From Octopus vulgaris (lineage: Eukaryota): DNA of 64,000 bases. A program made the translations under genes and the position numbers. Each line of letters opens with the position of its first letter. Position 1 is the stretch's first letter. Shown here piece after piece: positions 1 to 13,567 of this stretch. The notes beneath the pieces were generated by a model. It made no database searches. It saw only the letters and a list, made by a program, of their open reading frames with translations, and was not told the DNA's origin. The stretch covers positions 77,004,001 to 77,068,000 of the forward strand of contig OX597816.1 in assembly GCA_951406725.2 (NCBI GenBank), read 5' to 3'.

Positions 1-429
1 TTATCGTAGATTTCATTTTAGATTTCATTTTTTAGGTAGAAATAATGACTCGAATATGTGTTTTAAAACGGAGCAAAGGAGATGCCAAAAAGCTCCTAGG
101 TGAGTATACATTCTTGTCAAGCGTTCGCTCCTTACTCCGATCACTTTGAATATAGAACAGAGTTCATTTTATTTTAGGTTCATAAAGGTTAAATACAGCT
201 GCTGATTCTATTCCTAGCTCTTAAAAAAACTAGTACAGTGAAAATAGCACACCATTAGTAGGCCTTTTGACGCAGAGGACACATTAGAACACAGACCCAG
301 GATATATTTGATAGTTTCTCAAAATTTTGCAAACCTATTCGGAAAGATATTTTATCGACGATATACTTTGCAATTACATCCGGTGTCTTTATTCCCAGCA
401 CGACAATTTGGTATTATAGCTAGTCAAAA

Positions 430-1062
430 CCACATCTTTTTCTCAATAATGACTGAGGTTTATGTAGGGTGTTCAAGTACTCACTCTACACTCACCTGCC
501 CTACCTTTAATTGTGTGCTCTTCTCAACTTCCACCCAACATATTTTCAATGGTTCATTTTACACACTTTCAGCGTAATTCGCTTAGACCTCACTTCCCTA
601 CACACATTCCTTCTAATGACTCCCTAATTTGCATAACTTTTTAGTCCGTAACAATTCTACCCTTCTTAACAATGCAACCTCGATCTTTTCATCCCTCCTG
701 AACCCGGTGTAATACACGCCTCTACAACTACATCAATACTACACTTTTTGGAGTCAATCAACGTTGCTTCTTTATCATAACCATTTTTCCTGCACCACTA
801 GAAATACCATTTACTGTCAGTTCTGTGATATCTTTGATATTAAGTAAGTCGTGGGTTAGCGGATCGTAACGCCGAAAAATGTACGTGACATCCGATTATG
901 CAACACCACATCACATATCGGTCACCTTTTCAACAGACCAGTACACGCTTTTCCCTCCCGTCAGCCTGGATCTTCTGCTTCTATGCATCGCAATGAAGAG
1001 CACCCCATCTTCCGACTCGTCTGTTTCTTCCTATCAGGGATGAATAACGTGGTTAAGTTCAC
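430..1062 (+). mobile_element. Degenerate Penelope-like element, 3' part (linker plus GIY-YIG remnant)
   Basis: Broken frames read ..RCNT.., ..FSCTTRNTIYC.. and EEHPIFRLVCFFLSGMN, which resembles the PLE C-terminal E.HLIFRLG.L.P.GMN motif. Confidence 0.55.
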
Positions 1063-1505
1063 ACCACTTGCAATACATTCCACCCTCCCACATCGCAACA
1101 AGCCATACAGCGTCAATCTTATACTCATACCTAACACATCACATGCAGTCTTCTATACATATACACATACACTGGCATATGGGTATAACATCTAGTATGA
1201 AAGTATTCCGCATTAAATACACTTTGTTATATACACGCACTACGCATGCACATACATGCACACTGGCATCGTAAGCTTCAGATGTCTCTTTTCCTTCCTC
1301 GTTCGATCTTTCTCTCCCATGTTCTCTTTCTTCTCGTCTTCCCCTTCTTTTGCACTTTTCTCTCTCTCTCTCTCTCTTTCTGTCTCCCACTTACCCGTAC
1401 TATGGCTCAAATTGTGTCTCTCTCTCTGGTCCTCCTATCATTTTCCCGACGTCCATTTTACACTATATCTGCCATGTAAACACAGATCCATAATTTAGCA
1501 ACGTA

Positions 1506-1508
<3 letters not shown>

Positions 1509-1587
<79 letters not shown>
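1509..1587. repeat. (GT)n microsatellite
   Basis: Pure GT run seen directly. Confidence 0.98.
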
Positions 1588-1589
<2 letters not shown>

Positions 1590-2111
1590 CTATTTCTCTC
1601 TTGCTTCACTTATTACTTTACCTTCTGTTTGAATAGGAGTATTTACCCAAAACGTTACATTTGTGTGTTTTATCCACTGGTGAATTAGTTTGCATTTCAG
1701 GCCTCTTCCATTCTCTTTTTTTTTAATGCTTTTTTCTCTTTTTTCAGTCATGTGTTTCGCTGGTTTGACCACATGCCTTGTTTGTTTGTCTCTTCTTTAC
1801 TTTATAATCTTATTCGTTTTGTTTTAGCGATTTATGATTAAGTGTACGCGTGCGTGTGGGCGCGCCTGCCTCCCTGCGTGCATGCGTGTGGATGCGCCTG
1901 CGTGCGTGCGCGCGTGTACATATAAAATGCGCGTATACAATATTTGGAGATCAATTTGATCCTCAACGAATAACTCAAGCTCGCTAATACAAGTGACCTA
2001 AGTTGATTACTTGTTTGTCATATATAGGCTATACCTTGTCATGCGGAATTATTTCGGTACTAATGGTTTTTTATCCAACACGTGCGCGTGCGTGTGTATG
2101 TGTGTGTGTGG

Positions 2112-2145
<34 letters not shown>

Positions 2146-2471
2146 CTGTAGTTGTGTGTGTGTGTCTGTGTGCGCGTAATTTATTGAAATACACAAACTT
2201 CTAGCTTTCCTTCTGAACAATTTGTTTCTCATTCGCCACGCAGTTACTATAGTGAAAGTGTAACCATCGACATCCTAACGGGATTCATCCTCTGCCACAG
2301 CACTTTCATCTTATGATACATATTTGTGTGCATACATATATATATATGTCCAAAAACACATACATACATACATACATACATACATACATACATACAATCA
2401 TGCATGCATACATACGTACTTACATATATACAGAGAGAGAGAGATATGCACATGTACATGAATAAGAATCT

Positions 2472-2524
<53 letters not shown>

Positions 2525-2582
2525 AATCCCAAAAACAAACGAAGAACAAACACAAAAACAACAACGCGAGTACGTGGTAAAT

Positions 2583-2658
2583 GTAAAGTATTAGAAGACG
2601 CTCAAGGAAGGAAAGAAAAATGGATTAACATTTCGAGCAGAAGTTCTTCTTCAGAAAA
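2583..2658 (-). ncRNA. Degenerate minimal hammerhead ribozyme / PLE terminal-repeat fragment (same family as 13329)
   Basis: Minus strand reads ttt-CTGAAGA-agaac..gctc-GAAA-tg-TT-aat, followed by the same pyrimidine-rich ..tgagcgtc tail as the copy at 13329. Confidence 0.55.
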
Positions 2659-2678
2659 ATATATGAATTATGCATGAA

Positions 2679-2683
<5 letters not shown>

Positions 2684-2767
<84 letters not shown>
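2684..2767. repeat. (TA)n microsatellite
   Basis: Pure TA run. Confidence 0.98.
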
Positions 2768-2774
<7 letters not shown>

Positions 2775-2792
2775 TAATTATATATATATTTC

Positions 2793-3197
2793 TGGTTCTG
2801 GGTTCAGTCCCACTGCGTGGCAACTTGGGCAGGTGTCTTCTACTATAGCCTCGGGCCGACCAAAGCCTTGTGAGTGGATTTGGTAGACGGAAACTGAAAG
2901 AATCCCGTCGTATATATGTATATATGTGTGTGAGTGTGTGTGTGTGTGCGTGTGCGTGTGTGTGTGTGTGTATTTTCGTGTGTCTGTGTTTGTCCACCCC
3001 AACATCACTTGACAACCGATGCTGGTGTGTTTACGTCCCCATAACTTAACGGTTCAGCAAAAGAGACCGATAGAATAAGTACTACGCATACAAAGAATAA
3101 GTTCTGTGGTCAATTTACTCGACTAAAGGCGGTGATCCAGCATGGCCGCAGTCGAATGACTGAAACAAGTGAAAGGGTAAAAAGAGTAAAAGAGTAT
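2793..3197 (+). mobile_element. tRNA-derived SINE family B (internal GT microsatellite, gtaaaaga tail), 5'-truncated
   Basis: B-box-like ggttcagtccc. The body ..gacggaaactgaaagaa..cagcatggccgcagtc..gaaacaagt recurs at 7055, 15440, 42915, 46490 and 63260. Confidence 0.85.
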
Positions 3198-3245
3198 GTA
3201 AATTATATGTACGTAAATTATATATAAATTATATGTAATTATACA

Positions 3246-3328
<83 letters not shown>

Positions 3329-3439
3329 TATTTATATATGTACAACCGTTAAGACGTCACACCTCTTGTATTATTGTCACATTCAAAATCAATTTGTGAC
3401 ACATTAACCAATTTATAGTAATAGAAATACAATACAGCT

Positions 3440-3700
3440 ATCATGATAAAAATGCCGGTAAATGGAGTCGGGACTGCCTTATATACAAATACATACGATA
3501 AATGCTCATGCAGAAAAAAATCAAAATGTCCTTTGATGAATCTCTGTATGAGTACAGATCTTGTATATAAATATACCGTGCACACAATGGGCGGGCCCTA
3601 TGTTTACATTGGGCAGACGGCTGATTCATTTAAGAATCGTTGTCGTAACCATGTTGCCAGCTTTAAGACAATCAATAAGAAACATTCAACATCCTATGCA
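3440..3700 (+). mobile_element. Naiad-type PLE GIY-YIG endonuclease fragment
   Basis: CSCRKKSKCPLMNLC..LVYK..YIGQTADSFKNR..NHVASF matches the CxC..CPL..C / YIG.T..FK.R..H..SF layout of Naiad-type GIY-YIG domains. Confidence 0.75.
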
Positions 3701-4699
3701 TACGCAAACTTCCCTCTAAAGTGCACACAACTTTGATAGAGAACGCTCATCTATTTTCACCAGCTGAAAATTGTCCTCAGTAATTAGCTGTTTTCCATGA
3801 TTTAAAATATCCTTATCAAGTTAATGCTGGCCTAATTGTTTTAGTATAGCGGAGTTTTCAACGTTAGAAGCATTGGTGTTGATTAATCTTCTGCTATAAA
3901 TATTTAATATACTAGTTCCAACAAGATTGTGTTTAATGTTGAGTGTCTAATTATGAAGTCCTAAAAAAAGCATTTTAATATCTATCAAATTGACGAAGAT
4001 GACACGTCAGTATCTCACTGGAAAAAAAAGTCTGGCTTAATGATTGATCAATATTTTGATAATTATATATATATTTGTATGTGGGTGTGTGGGTGTGTAT
4101 GTAAGTGTGTGAGTGTGTACGTGTATGTGTGTGTATAAAGTTAAAACTAACTTTTTTGTTTAGTTTTCGCTAAATTTCTGCTCATTTTAAATGATAAAAA
4201 GAATGCTGACATAAATACATAAATGGCTCTTAAAATATATTGTGATATATAGTTTAAAGAAATTATAACGTTCAGAATGTGAAGCGTAAACAGTTTATTA
4301 TATAATATACACGCGAAATGCAAAATAGCATGAAAACGTCGATAAATGGTACACACACCCATGCACATACATATATACATACAACTGCGTCATAATCAGC
4401 CAAGGATTAAACTCAGAGCAGAATACTATTTTTGAAATTAAAAATATATCTAACCATTCCACGTAGAATGGTTAGATGAATTTAACTATTTTACCATGAT
4501 GACATGGCTGAAATTAATGACAACACTATTGAAGAAAAAAGTACCACAACACCAGTAATCTATTTAGGAAGACTTTAGTACTCTTCCCATTTTACTTGGA
4601 CCTCTACATTTAAACCAAGATCTACTTCGATATCATGAAAGGACCCGTGAAGACCTATCCGAATTTGGTTTGAATAATGCTACGTTGATAACTAGAAAG

Positions 4700-5005
4700 T
4701 GGAGGTGAAATGGCCAGTGGTTAGGGCAGCGGATCGCAGTTTCGATTCCCCGACCGGGCGTTGTGTGTGTTTATTGAGCGAAAACGCCTAAAAGCTCCAC
4801 GGGGCTCCGGCAGGGAGTGGTGGCGATCCCTGTTGTACTCTTTCGCCACAACTTTCTCTCAATCTCTCTTCCTGTTTCTTGAGTAACGCTGCGATGGACT
4901 GGCGTCCGGTCCAGCTGGGAGGAACACATACGCCACAAAAACCTGGAAACTGGGCCCATGAGCCTGGCTAGGCTTGAAAAAGGCGACAAAAAGGAGAAGA
5001 AAGGA
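4700..5005 (+). mobile_element. tRNA-derived SINE family C with a V-domain-like segment, flanked by a TSD
   Basis: A box tggccagtgg and B box ttcgattcc; gcgatggactggcgtcc segment; direct repeats gataactagaaag (4687) and gataactaaaaag (5006). Confidence 0.75.
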
Positions 5006-5019
5006 GATAACTAAAAAGC

Positions 5020-5950
5020 GGTTCTGTTATTTATAATTTAAAGAAATAAAGCAGTTAGTTATTTAGGCTGGATGTTCAAGAATAAGTTTAAACTGTCCTC
5101 TAAGCCTGCAAGTCTGATGTTGGCACGATATGTATGATTTTTCTCTGAGTTTCATTTAAGTTCTTTTTAAAATAGTTTAAGCCGGTCACTAATAAAGCAA
5201 CAAGACTTTTAAGTTATGAGAGTTCCCGGTGTTTGTAAATATGTGGTTGAGTTGGGGTACTGGTTGAACTGCTGATACATGCACCCAAGTATAAGAATCT
5301 CAGATGGAAAACTGTTGCAATCTTACAAATTTTCTCTGTACCACCCATACATTAGTTTTAGAGAATCCTAGTCACTTTCTTTTGCTCTTTCTTCATGAAA
5401 CCGAGTATTTCTGGGTTTTTGTGCAAATTTATTCGTACAAAGCCTAATGCACCAATGGTGACAAGTACAATTGAGAATTCATAGTCAGGGTACAAGAGCT
5501 GTAAGTTCCGCATTAATTCATCATAAATGTTCACTTTTTCCTGGACTTTTGATTGTACACTTTACAACAGTGCATGGCTTTTGTTTTCTGTCCCACAAAT
5601 CATTATCAGATCCGTTATTTTTGTACCGCATTTATATTTTTATTGGAGTGATCCACCACTATTCCTTCATTTTAAAGTTGTGGATACTTGCTGGTTCTGA
5701 CATGCGTTGATGTATACGTCAGGGCAGTCCTCCCTACGGATAGCATTGTAAATAGATTTTAAAACTATAGCAACCTCAGGGGCAGGTAGTATTTATGTAT
5801 GTATGTATGTATGTATGTATGTGTGTATGTATGTATTTATGTATGTAATGTTCCCTTCTGTTTTTTATTATTTGAAATCTCTATCTGAGGAAGGAACTGG
5901 TTTCTAATGTAGATATAAAGCTACATCGTTGGAATATAGATAACAAATTC
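5020..5950 (-). mobile_element. R4/Dong-like RLE LINE remnants (C-terminal domain plus the 3' UTR of a neighbouring copy)
   Basis: Minus strand gives NAIRREDCPD..WW.TPIK..IWDRKQK.CTVV-like peptides. 5850-5950 resembles the 3' UTR at 18340-18430. Confidence 0.6.
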
Positions 5951-7052
5951 ACATTTTAAACATGAGAAAGGTCTTGCATATTTTTACAATTCATTTTACA
6001 AATTATTATTGACATAAATGTGATTTTATATTATCAACAGGACGGCTGACCTAATGATAGCACATAGTTTAACCGTGTATATTCCAAATAACAATATTCG
6101 TGATGTTTACACTTGACTGACGTTTATAAATTTTAGAAGGTTTTCCTCGGGATTTTTCTTATTCATAAATGTCTATATAATTGGCTGTATTTTGTATTCA
6201 ATATACCACCGTTCTTTCTTATTATCTGTACCTTACAGTCATTTTTTGCTTTTAAATTTTCTATATAAATGTTCTATTCTAGTCATGAAGTGATTCACAG
6301 CGTCTCTCTTTTCTATATGTAAAAGGCTGTGTATTTTGTTAGAGAAGACTTCGCTTTCACCTGCTCTTTCGTGGGTTATCTTTTTTTTGGTATCACGTCA
6401 TTAATTTATCTATATGTTTCTTTTCAAAACTAAGGAATTACTTTGCGATCAGGTACCTGCCAATATAGCAAAGTCTGCAGGAAAGAATAGTCCGTTAGCA
6501 TGATTGCCATTCAGTTTAAAACATAAGTTACTTCCATATAGCAAATACAGCCCCAATGTATTTTGTATTATAATGACTCTGCTTTCCGAGATACTGTTGT
6601 CTTGCGCCTCGTCTTAAAACTGGAATTGATAATTCCAAACCAAATTATCTGCTTGAATAGCTTGCGTAAAACGATTAGAAGCATCTAAAATTCAAGGTTT
6701 TGCTTTGATAATAAAGTACATAATTATATACACAATGAAGCCTACGGAAAATATATTTTGATCAATTAAAATAATATCGGTTATGAGAAGGAAAATCATT
6801 ACCTTTAATGAAAATTTTAAAATTTCATAGAAAGAGTTACATTGCCAGCTGCAGTTTCGACATTTATTATTCATTATATGGTTTAATATGGAATATATAG
6901 CTTTATGCCAAACACATTTCAGTATTTGATTTATAACATGCAAGAGCATTAAACGTCTTTATTGACTTTAAATACTGATGCGATAGTATTTCTAAATCCA
7001 ATTCGGGACCATGTTTCCCTTGCTCTTCCGATTCATGTGATTGTGATAAATT

Positions 7053-7415
7053 GGTTGTGTAGTTAAGAAGTTTGCTTCGCAACTATAGGTTTCAGAGTTA
7101 GTCCTATTGTGTGGCATCTTGAAGAAGTGTTTTCTACTCTATCTCCGAGTCGACTAATGTTTAATGAGTGAATTTGGTAATCGGAAACCTTTGGTGTGTA
7201 TGCATTTGCGTATCTTTGCGTCTGCTTCACACCCAACACTCCACAACCTTTGGTTAACTGTTCGACGAAAGATATAAATAAAATTGTTCCAGACTTTCAA
7301 AAAAATAATTACTGCGCTCGATTCGGTCGACTAAACTCTACAAAGCGGTACCTTAGCATGGCCGCAGCCATATAATAGATAATCGACACATGTAAAAGAG
7401 TGTAAGTAAAATAAG
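7053..7415 (+). mobile_element. SINE family B, diverged copy
   Basis: ggttgtgtagttaagaagtttgcttc..tagcatggccgcagc..gtaaaaga, homologous to 2793-3197. Confidence 0.7.
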
Positions 7416-8042
7416 AAAAACACAGAGGTCGTGGTTTCAATCCGGTACTTCTCTTAACAATAGCTTTGTCTCTAAACAAGGAAACAATCTCGGTCACATT
7501 ACTGCCTGCTGCTATTCTTTACAGTTGAACACATTCTTGTGTTACACTTCTGCTTCCCTTTCAAGTCACACTTTAAATATATGCCCCCCCCCCCCCACAG
7601 CATACAAGTGGTTTGCATAAACTGAAATGCACAAACTATACACGATGTCAAATAGACAGATATATCTCATTTTCCCCTGCGTTTTTCCATAACAGAAAAA
7701 CAAATATTTTATACATTCTATACTGATTGTCTGAAGTTCCCAGCATTCCGAATAGAAGTTTACGTACAGTAGAATGTAAATATGAAGAACAAGAAACAGA
7801 ATGAAAAAATATTTTCCGGTTGATATATACATTTTTTTCTCTGAATCTATTTGTTTGCTCGGAGTGTTTGGTTTTGAGGGATTTTTTTTTTAGAATATCT
7901 ATGTACTTATTAGTGCTTTTACGTGTGTGTATGTATGTGTGTGTGTGTGCGTGTGTTTGCACTCACATATGTATACCATACTGGAACGAACATGTACATA
8001 CACATAGTCATACAAACAACGCAGTTGTGTCAGCATGTATAC

Positions 8043-8080
<38 letters not shown>

Positions 8081-8130
8081 GTATATGTATATACACATAC
8101 ATACATAGTCATATATATACATACAAAGTC

Positions 8131-8162
<32 letters not shown>

Positions 8163-9275
8163 ATTTTACAGTGTATGTGCATTATAATATATGCATACAC
8201 ACACGCACACAGATACATATATACTCATGTATAAGCGCGTACGTATGTGTGTTTGAGTGTGTGTGTATGTGAGATGTATGTATGAATGCGTGGAAATCAT
8301 TCAGTCTAATGGCTTTGATATATTATCACGAACATTTCTGTGTTCGCTGTTTACATTTTGTTTATTTATGTCATTCAGGTTATATATCGTTGCATATATA
8401 TATGTTATTGTAAAGTGAAAATAGCGTTAGAATATTTTGGAAACATGTCATTGAATATGACACAAATGATTAGTTCAAGTGAACGCCGGCGTAGTAGATT
8501 CAATTGAATAAGTTCGGGCGATTTTCAGAGCTAAAATACAAAAGTATAAATAAATATTCATATATTCACACACCTTTGGGTTAGCATCAGTTGTTTATGC
8601 TTTCAAATCGGAAGTAACTTCCAGTGGATAATCATTTCAGCTGGTGTTCAGATGATAGAGCAACGAGTCTGTATTGTTGGTGATTTTGGTTTTCCAAACA
8701 AGAGCACTAGTGCAATAAGTAAAGTAGTTACAACCTGGATTGAACGTAGGTTACAGTACTGGTCCCGCAGAAATTAACACAACTCACCTCCAATTACTTG
8801 TTTTATGCCATAAATAGAGTAAGCTGATGGATATTTCTTATTCAGTAGTACTAATAGCTGGTCAGCTATAATGGATTTTTCTCGGGGCATACTAATTGCC
8901 GAAAGTTGGACAGATTTATACTATGGAGAATAGAATGACTCTTCCACAAAAACTAAGGTGCCTTTCTACTGAAGACTCGGTGAATGTAGTTAGTCGAATA
9001 TAATAGTTACTCTTAAGTTGTGCAAAACCATGTGTTCAGCATCAACTATTCTCGGTTTTAGAATGAGTTGCAGCTTAGGCAATCGAAAGACTGTAAAAGG
9101 AATTTTTTTTTACTTTCCTCGTGAAATTTTCTTTAAAAAATTTCCATAAATCTTATATAGATCATAAGTTTAGATTCAGATTTATATATATCAAGAACAG
9201 TATTTTGGCAACTATTAGCAGTCTTTTATTTCATGTTCAAATTCGTAATAATTTGGTGACTATATTATTGCACCA

Positions 9276-10237
9276 CAGTAGCGAGCTGGCAGAATTGTTA
9301 CCATGTCGGACAAAATGTTTAACGACATTTATTCTGGCTATACGTTCTGAGTTCAAATAAGTGCCATTTGAGCACCGGGGTCGATGTAATCAACTTACTC
9401 TTTTCGAAATTGCTAGTCTCATGCCAAAAAGTAGAAAGAATTATTTCACTATACTAAAGCAGCAAGCTGGGCTAATCATATTAACACGCTGCGCAAAATG
9501 TTTAGTGGAATTTCTTCCAGCTTTATTGTCTAAGTTCAAATTCCGCCTTTTATCTTTTCGCAGTCGATAAAATAAGTACCTGTTGAACATTTGAGTCGAA
9601 TGACCTTTTCCTCTTGTAAAATTGAAATGTGAAACCGTTCTTTCATCACATACAATATATAAGATGTAGAGTCTCAAAGCTTAAGTGAAACATATACTTC
9701 AATATCATTGAATATTTAGTATGTAGAGCAAACCTGACTGTGGGGATTTTCAGATCAGATCACTAAAATAATAATAATCCTTTCCACTAAATGCACGAAG
9801 TCTGACATTTGGGGGAGAAGACTAGTTGATTACATCGACTCCAGTGTTTCACTGGTACTTAATTTATCAACCCCGAAGAGATGAAAGGCTAAGTCGACCT
9901 CGGCGGAATTGGAACTCAGAACGTAAAGAAGGACGAAATGCCGCTAATCATTTTACCCGGCGCGGTAACGATTCGACTAGCTCACTGCCTTAATAATAAT
10001 AATAATAATAATAACAATAATAATCCAATTCTATAATAGGAACAAGGCATGAAATTTTGGAGGAGGGGCCAGTCGATTAGATCGACCCCAGTACGCAACT
10101 GGTACTTAATTTATCGACCCCGAAAGGATGAAAGCAAAGTCGACCTCGGCGGAATTTGAACTCAGAACGTAGCGGCAGACGAAATACTGCTAAGCATTTT
10201 GCCCGGCGTGCTAACGTTTCTGCCAGCTCGCCGCCTT
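9276..10237. mobile_element. Cluster of four SINE family A copies (two +, two -) with (TAA)n spacers
   Basis: gcgagctggcagaa..acgttctgagttcaaattccgcc..gtcgataaa(t)taagtacc at about 9276+, 9457+, 9775- and 10020-. Confidence 0.85.
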
Positions 10238-12084
10238 CAATAACAACAATAATAATAATAATATCTAAATATATAATGGCGTGATGGTTTCGGCTGGAAA
10301 ATTTGGTATCATATATGTTCGGCCATTATAGATCGGGACTAAAACAACAATTAACTATAAATATTCACCAATATAGTTGTAGTACGATAAAAGAAATATG
10401 GTGATTTGTATTTATCTGCGATCAAGGGAATTGGAATTTGGTTGAAAAAATAAAACTTCCTGGGTTATAGATATATGACAATTACCAAGTAGGATTCGAT
10501 CCGTCGACTCTCCAATTGATAGTTTTGTATCGTGTCGATTAGATTAAGTTATGGCTTTATTACAGAATAACAGTTTTCGGAATCTTTCATTACGAAGTGC
10601 ACAAACACGTTTTACAACCCAACATGCCAGCCACTATATGGCCGTTCAAATTGTTAGAAAGAGCAATCACATTTCCTTTGAACTACACTGTACTGTAGGA
10701 CACGCGGAATAATTTAGTCTGGAATATACTATTTCATAAAAGGGATGGTCACTTTAGAATTCTTTGATCATTCGATAAGGACTGACATGGAGCAACAACC
10801 ATAAAACATGTTTGAACGACATTAATTGGAAAGTCTAATTCATTTTAGTACTAGGCTATAAATGAATGGTTATGAGCTGATGCATAGTAAGGAACTGGTT
10901 GTGATTTGTGAGTTTGTTAATTATTAAACAGCGTAACATGTCCAATTAGAAGTATTACACCATCAACGAATTAAATCAGCCATCCAGCAATATGAATGGC
11001 TCTATCGAAAGGCCTGTATGAAATTTCACTAATTAAGCTTTGGTCGATAAGACAAATTTGTTGAAGGTCACACGCAGCAGAATCGAAACCAAAACTAAGA
11101 ATTTAAAAAGTTAACTTAATCATACATTCACGCCGGCATCCATTTACATTTAAGGCAGGCTATCTGCCCTGGCCGCTAATGCAGCGAAATTCCTTGGTTG
11201 TTAAAGCTTTCTGAAACACCGTTATAAGAAATGTTTTCAAATATTTTATAGACTTAAAAGTATTTAATTTAATAACTCACTATCCTGATTTCAAATCCCA
11301 CTAGAATTCACGCTAATGTTCCCTCCCAATCAATAAAATGTATATACTGAATACATTAATTATACATCCCACACATAATTTTCTTTCTGGAATGCAAATA
11401 GAGAACATTTATGTGAAGAAATTCGACAGAATTACCCAAAAAAACATAAATAAAACGTTAATTCCACAAAATTATTCAAACGTAAAAAATGTTTATGAAA
11501 GACTCTAGTATTGATTATTGGTTCTAGTATAGGAGGCCATAAAATGGTAGGGGCGTGTACTGGATTAAATTGACAACAATGTATTACTGGTATTTATATC
11601 GGTTTTAAAGTGATGAAAGGAAAGTTTTTCAAGCTGGCAGTTGAAACTTTCAATACCAAGAGGTGTTATTAATACTTAACGTATTTAGTTCAGCACGCCA
11701 CCAACTCTTCTCTACACTGTGCTTGATGGCTTTTACTATATATTAACTTCAGGCGACAGGCGATGTCTCAGAAGGTATAAAACTGTAGTAAATGATTTGT
11801 GCTATTTAGTTTTATAGTTTTTGCATTTGAGTTAATATTTAGCTGTGGTTGAAATGATCTTACATTTTTTTCTGCGTCGAAGTGAGTTTACGTGATTTTT
11901 TAAGTTCATAAAATCAATTTATTGTTTCTGATAATTTGTATGGATTAATAAAAATTATCTCACTTTATGTTCCAACAATCGCATGAAATATTGGTAAATT
12001 GCTTTTCCGTTGAGTGGGGATAAAATATGTTGTCTGAATACCGTTGACAATGTCTCAACCGGTGATATGCTCATGGTTAAAACT

Positions 12085-12365
12085 CCGTGTACAAAATTAT
12101 ACAAAGGCAAAACATACCGCCCTCTCAAAATAAGAGTAGTCGAACATCGGAAAGCTGTGACACGAGAAGATATTGATAAATCGGGTATGGAAAAATGGAG
12201 ACCACCTCCCCCTGTGGGATGAAGTTAAAATAATAGACAGAGAAAACCACTAGAAAATACAAAAACTAAAAGAAGCAGCACATATGCTAGGACACAACCT
12301 CCCAAGCAGACAGAGTGCAGATATAAGCTGTATATGGCAACAGGTATTAAGGAACTATAGAAAAA
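12085..12365 (+). mobile_element. PLE GIY-YIG C-terminal remnant
   Basis: CTKLYKGKTYRPLKIRVVEHRKAV..KSGM, then LWDEVKIIDRE..KLKEAAHM. Confidence 0.75.
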
Positions 12366-12407
12366 TATTAGATTTATAAGCCCTAAAATTCACTCCATAA
12401 TTTCCCA

Positions 12408-12481
12408 CGGGCATATGGCATAGTGGTTAAGAGCATGGGCTACTAACCCCAAGATTCCGAGTTCGATTCCAAGCAGTGACC
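12408..12481 (+). promoter_or_regulatory. tRNA-derived head with Pol III A and B boxes (not a functional tRNA)
   Basis: A box tggcatagtgg, anticodon-like loop ctactaa, B box gagttcgattcc. The acceptor stem is poor. Confidence 0.7.
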
Positions 12482-12530
12482 TGAATGATAATACTTTAGG
12501 AATGAGAACCCAGGTTCGAAATTTACCCAA

Positions 12531-12581
12531 GACACCTGAAGAAGGCTGAAGGGTATGGTATATCAGCCGAAACGTTGTGTT
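12531..12581 (+). ncRNA. Type I minimal hammerhead ribozyme (canonical core)
   Basis: Stem I gacac/gtgtt; core CTGAAGA; stem II ggctga/tcagcc; GAAA; palindromic stem III aacgtt with a GUU triplet. Confidence 0.8.
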
Positions 12582-13034
12582 AACAAACAAGATGATGACA
12601 CATATCCGTTGAATGTAAATAATGCACAAGGCCACGTGTGTATAATAGAATATAACGCAACAGGTTTACTAGCAGAAAAAAAGCCATAGAAAGGTATACA
12701 TATTAATATTGAAAAACAAAAAATATATATCACAAGAGGCTTGAAGCTCATTATGTTTGAAAAAGATACAATATTTTAGTAAAAATGTACATACAGGCAC
12801 AGAAGAAAGCAAAAAGAACTTAACAAAGAAAAGTAACGATCACAGACCGGACCGGCCGGTGTATTCACAAGAGTTCTCTTACTCAAAAGCTAGCCCAGGT
12901 AGGAGAAACAATCAAAAAAGAAGAGGAACAAAAAACGAATATATGAAGGAGAAAATTATTATAAATTTACAAGTGAAGAAAAAACGTATACACTTGACAC
13001 ATAAGGATAAACAGTCATACATAGATACACTTAC

Positions 13035-13165
13035 AGCTGAGTGGACGGGAACAACGTAAAAGGGTGTGTTTTCTCAAGAAAAGGACGTGCCACCGTTTTA
13101 GGAATCGAAACTACGATTGAAACATCATCGATGCAAAACTCTAACCACAAGTCCACGCTGCTTTG
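13035..13165 (-). mobile_element. SINE family D fragment (CORE-like)
   Basis: gctgagtggac..caacgtaaaagggtgtgttttctcaag, homologous to 36315-36642. Confidence 0.6.
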
Positions 13166-13328
13166 CAAACACACACATACAAACATATATATGTGTGTGT
13201 GTGTGTGTCTGTGTGTCTATGTGTGTGTGAGAGAGAGTGAGTGTGCAGTTATTTTTCAGCCATGTAACGTCACACGTACTTTTCTCGAACTATTCTTTTC
13301 CTTCTCTCCAGAGTTATTCTTCTTTCCT

Positions 13329-13440
13329 CTTTCTGACGAAGAGCAAGCTCGAAACATCAAACCCCCTTTTTCCTTTCATCTTAAACTTTCTCTGAGCATC
13401 AATGTAATACATTCACTGTGTATGTCCTTCTCACTTTTGC
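13329..13440 (+). ncRNA. Minimal hammerhead ribozyme in a solo PLE terminal-repeat fragment
   Basis: ttt-CTGACGA-a-gagc/aa/gctc-GAAA-ca-TC-aaa. The stem III cg appears mutated to ca, consistent with CpG decay. Confidence 0.7.
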
Positions 13441-13518
13441 CTCTTTTATTTTATTTTGGATTTGCTACATATATATATATATATATATATAAGGAGAGAG
13501 AGATGCATATATATATAC

Positions 13519-13567
<49 letters not shown>

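Noticed and set aside
2247-3015. Long ORFs rich in YI/CV/HT/LS repeats, here and throughout the ORF track
   Set aside because: They are translations of (TA)n, (GT)n, (TACA)n, (GATA)n and (TC)n microsatellites, not genes.
3988-4025. ttgacga-agat..atct partial hammerhead
   Set aside because: No correctly placed GAAA, stem III or cleavage triplet follows.
12408-12481. Functional tRNA gene
   Set aside because: Acceptor and anticodon stems pair poorly and there is no T-run terminator, so it is treated as a tRNA-derived head.
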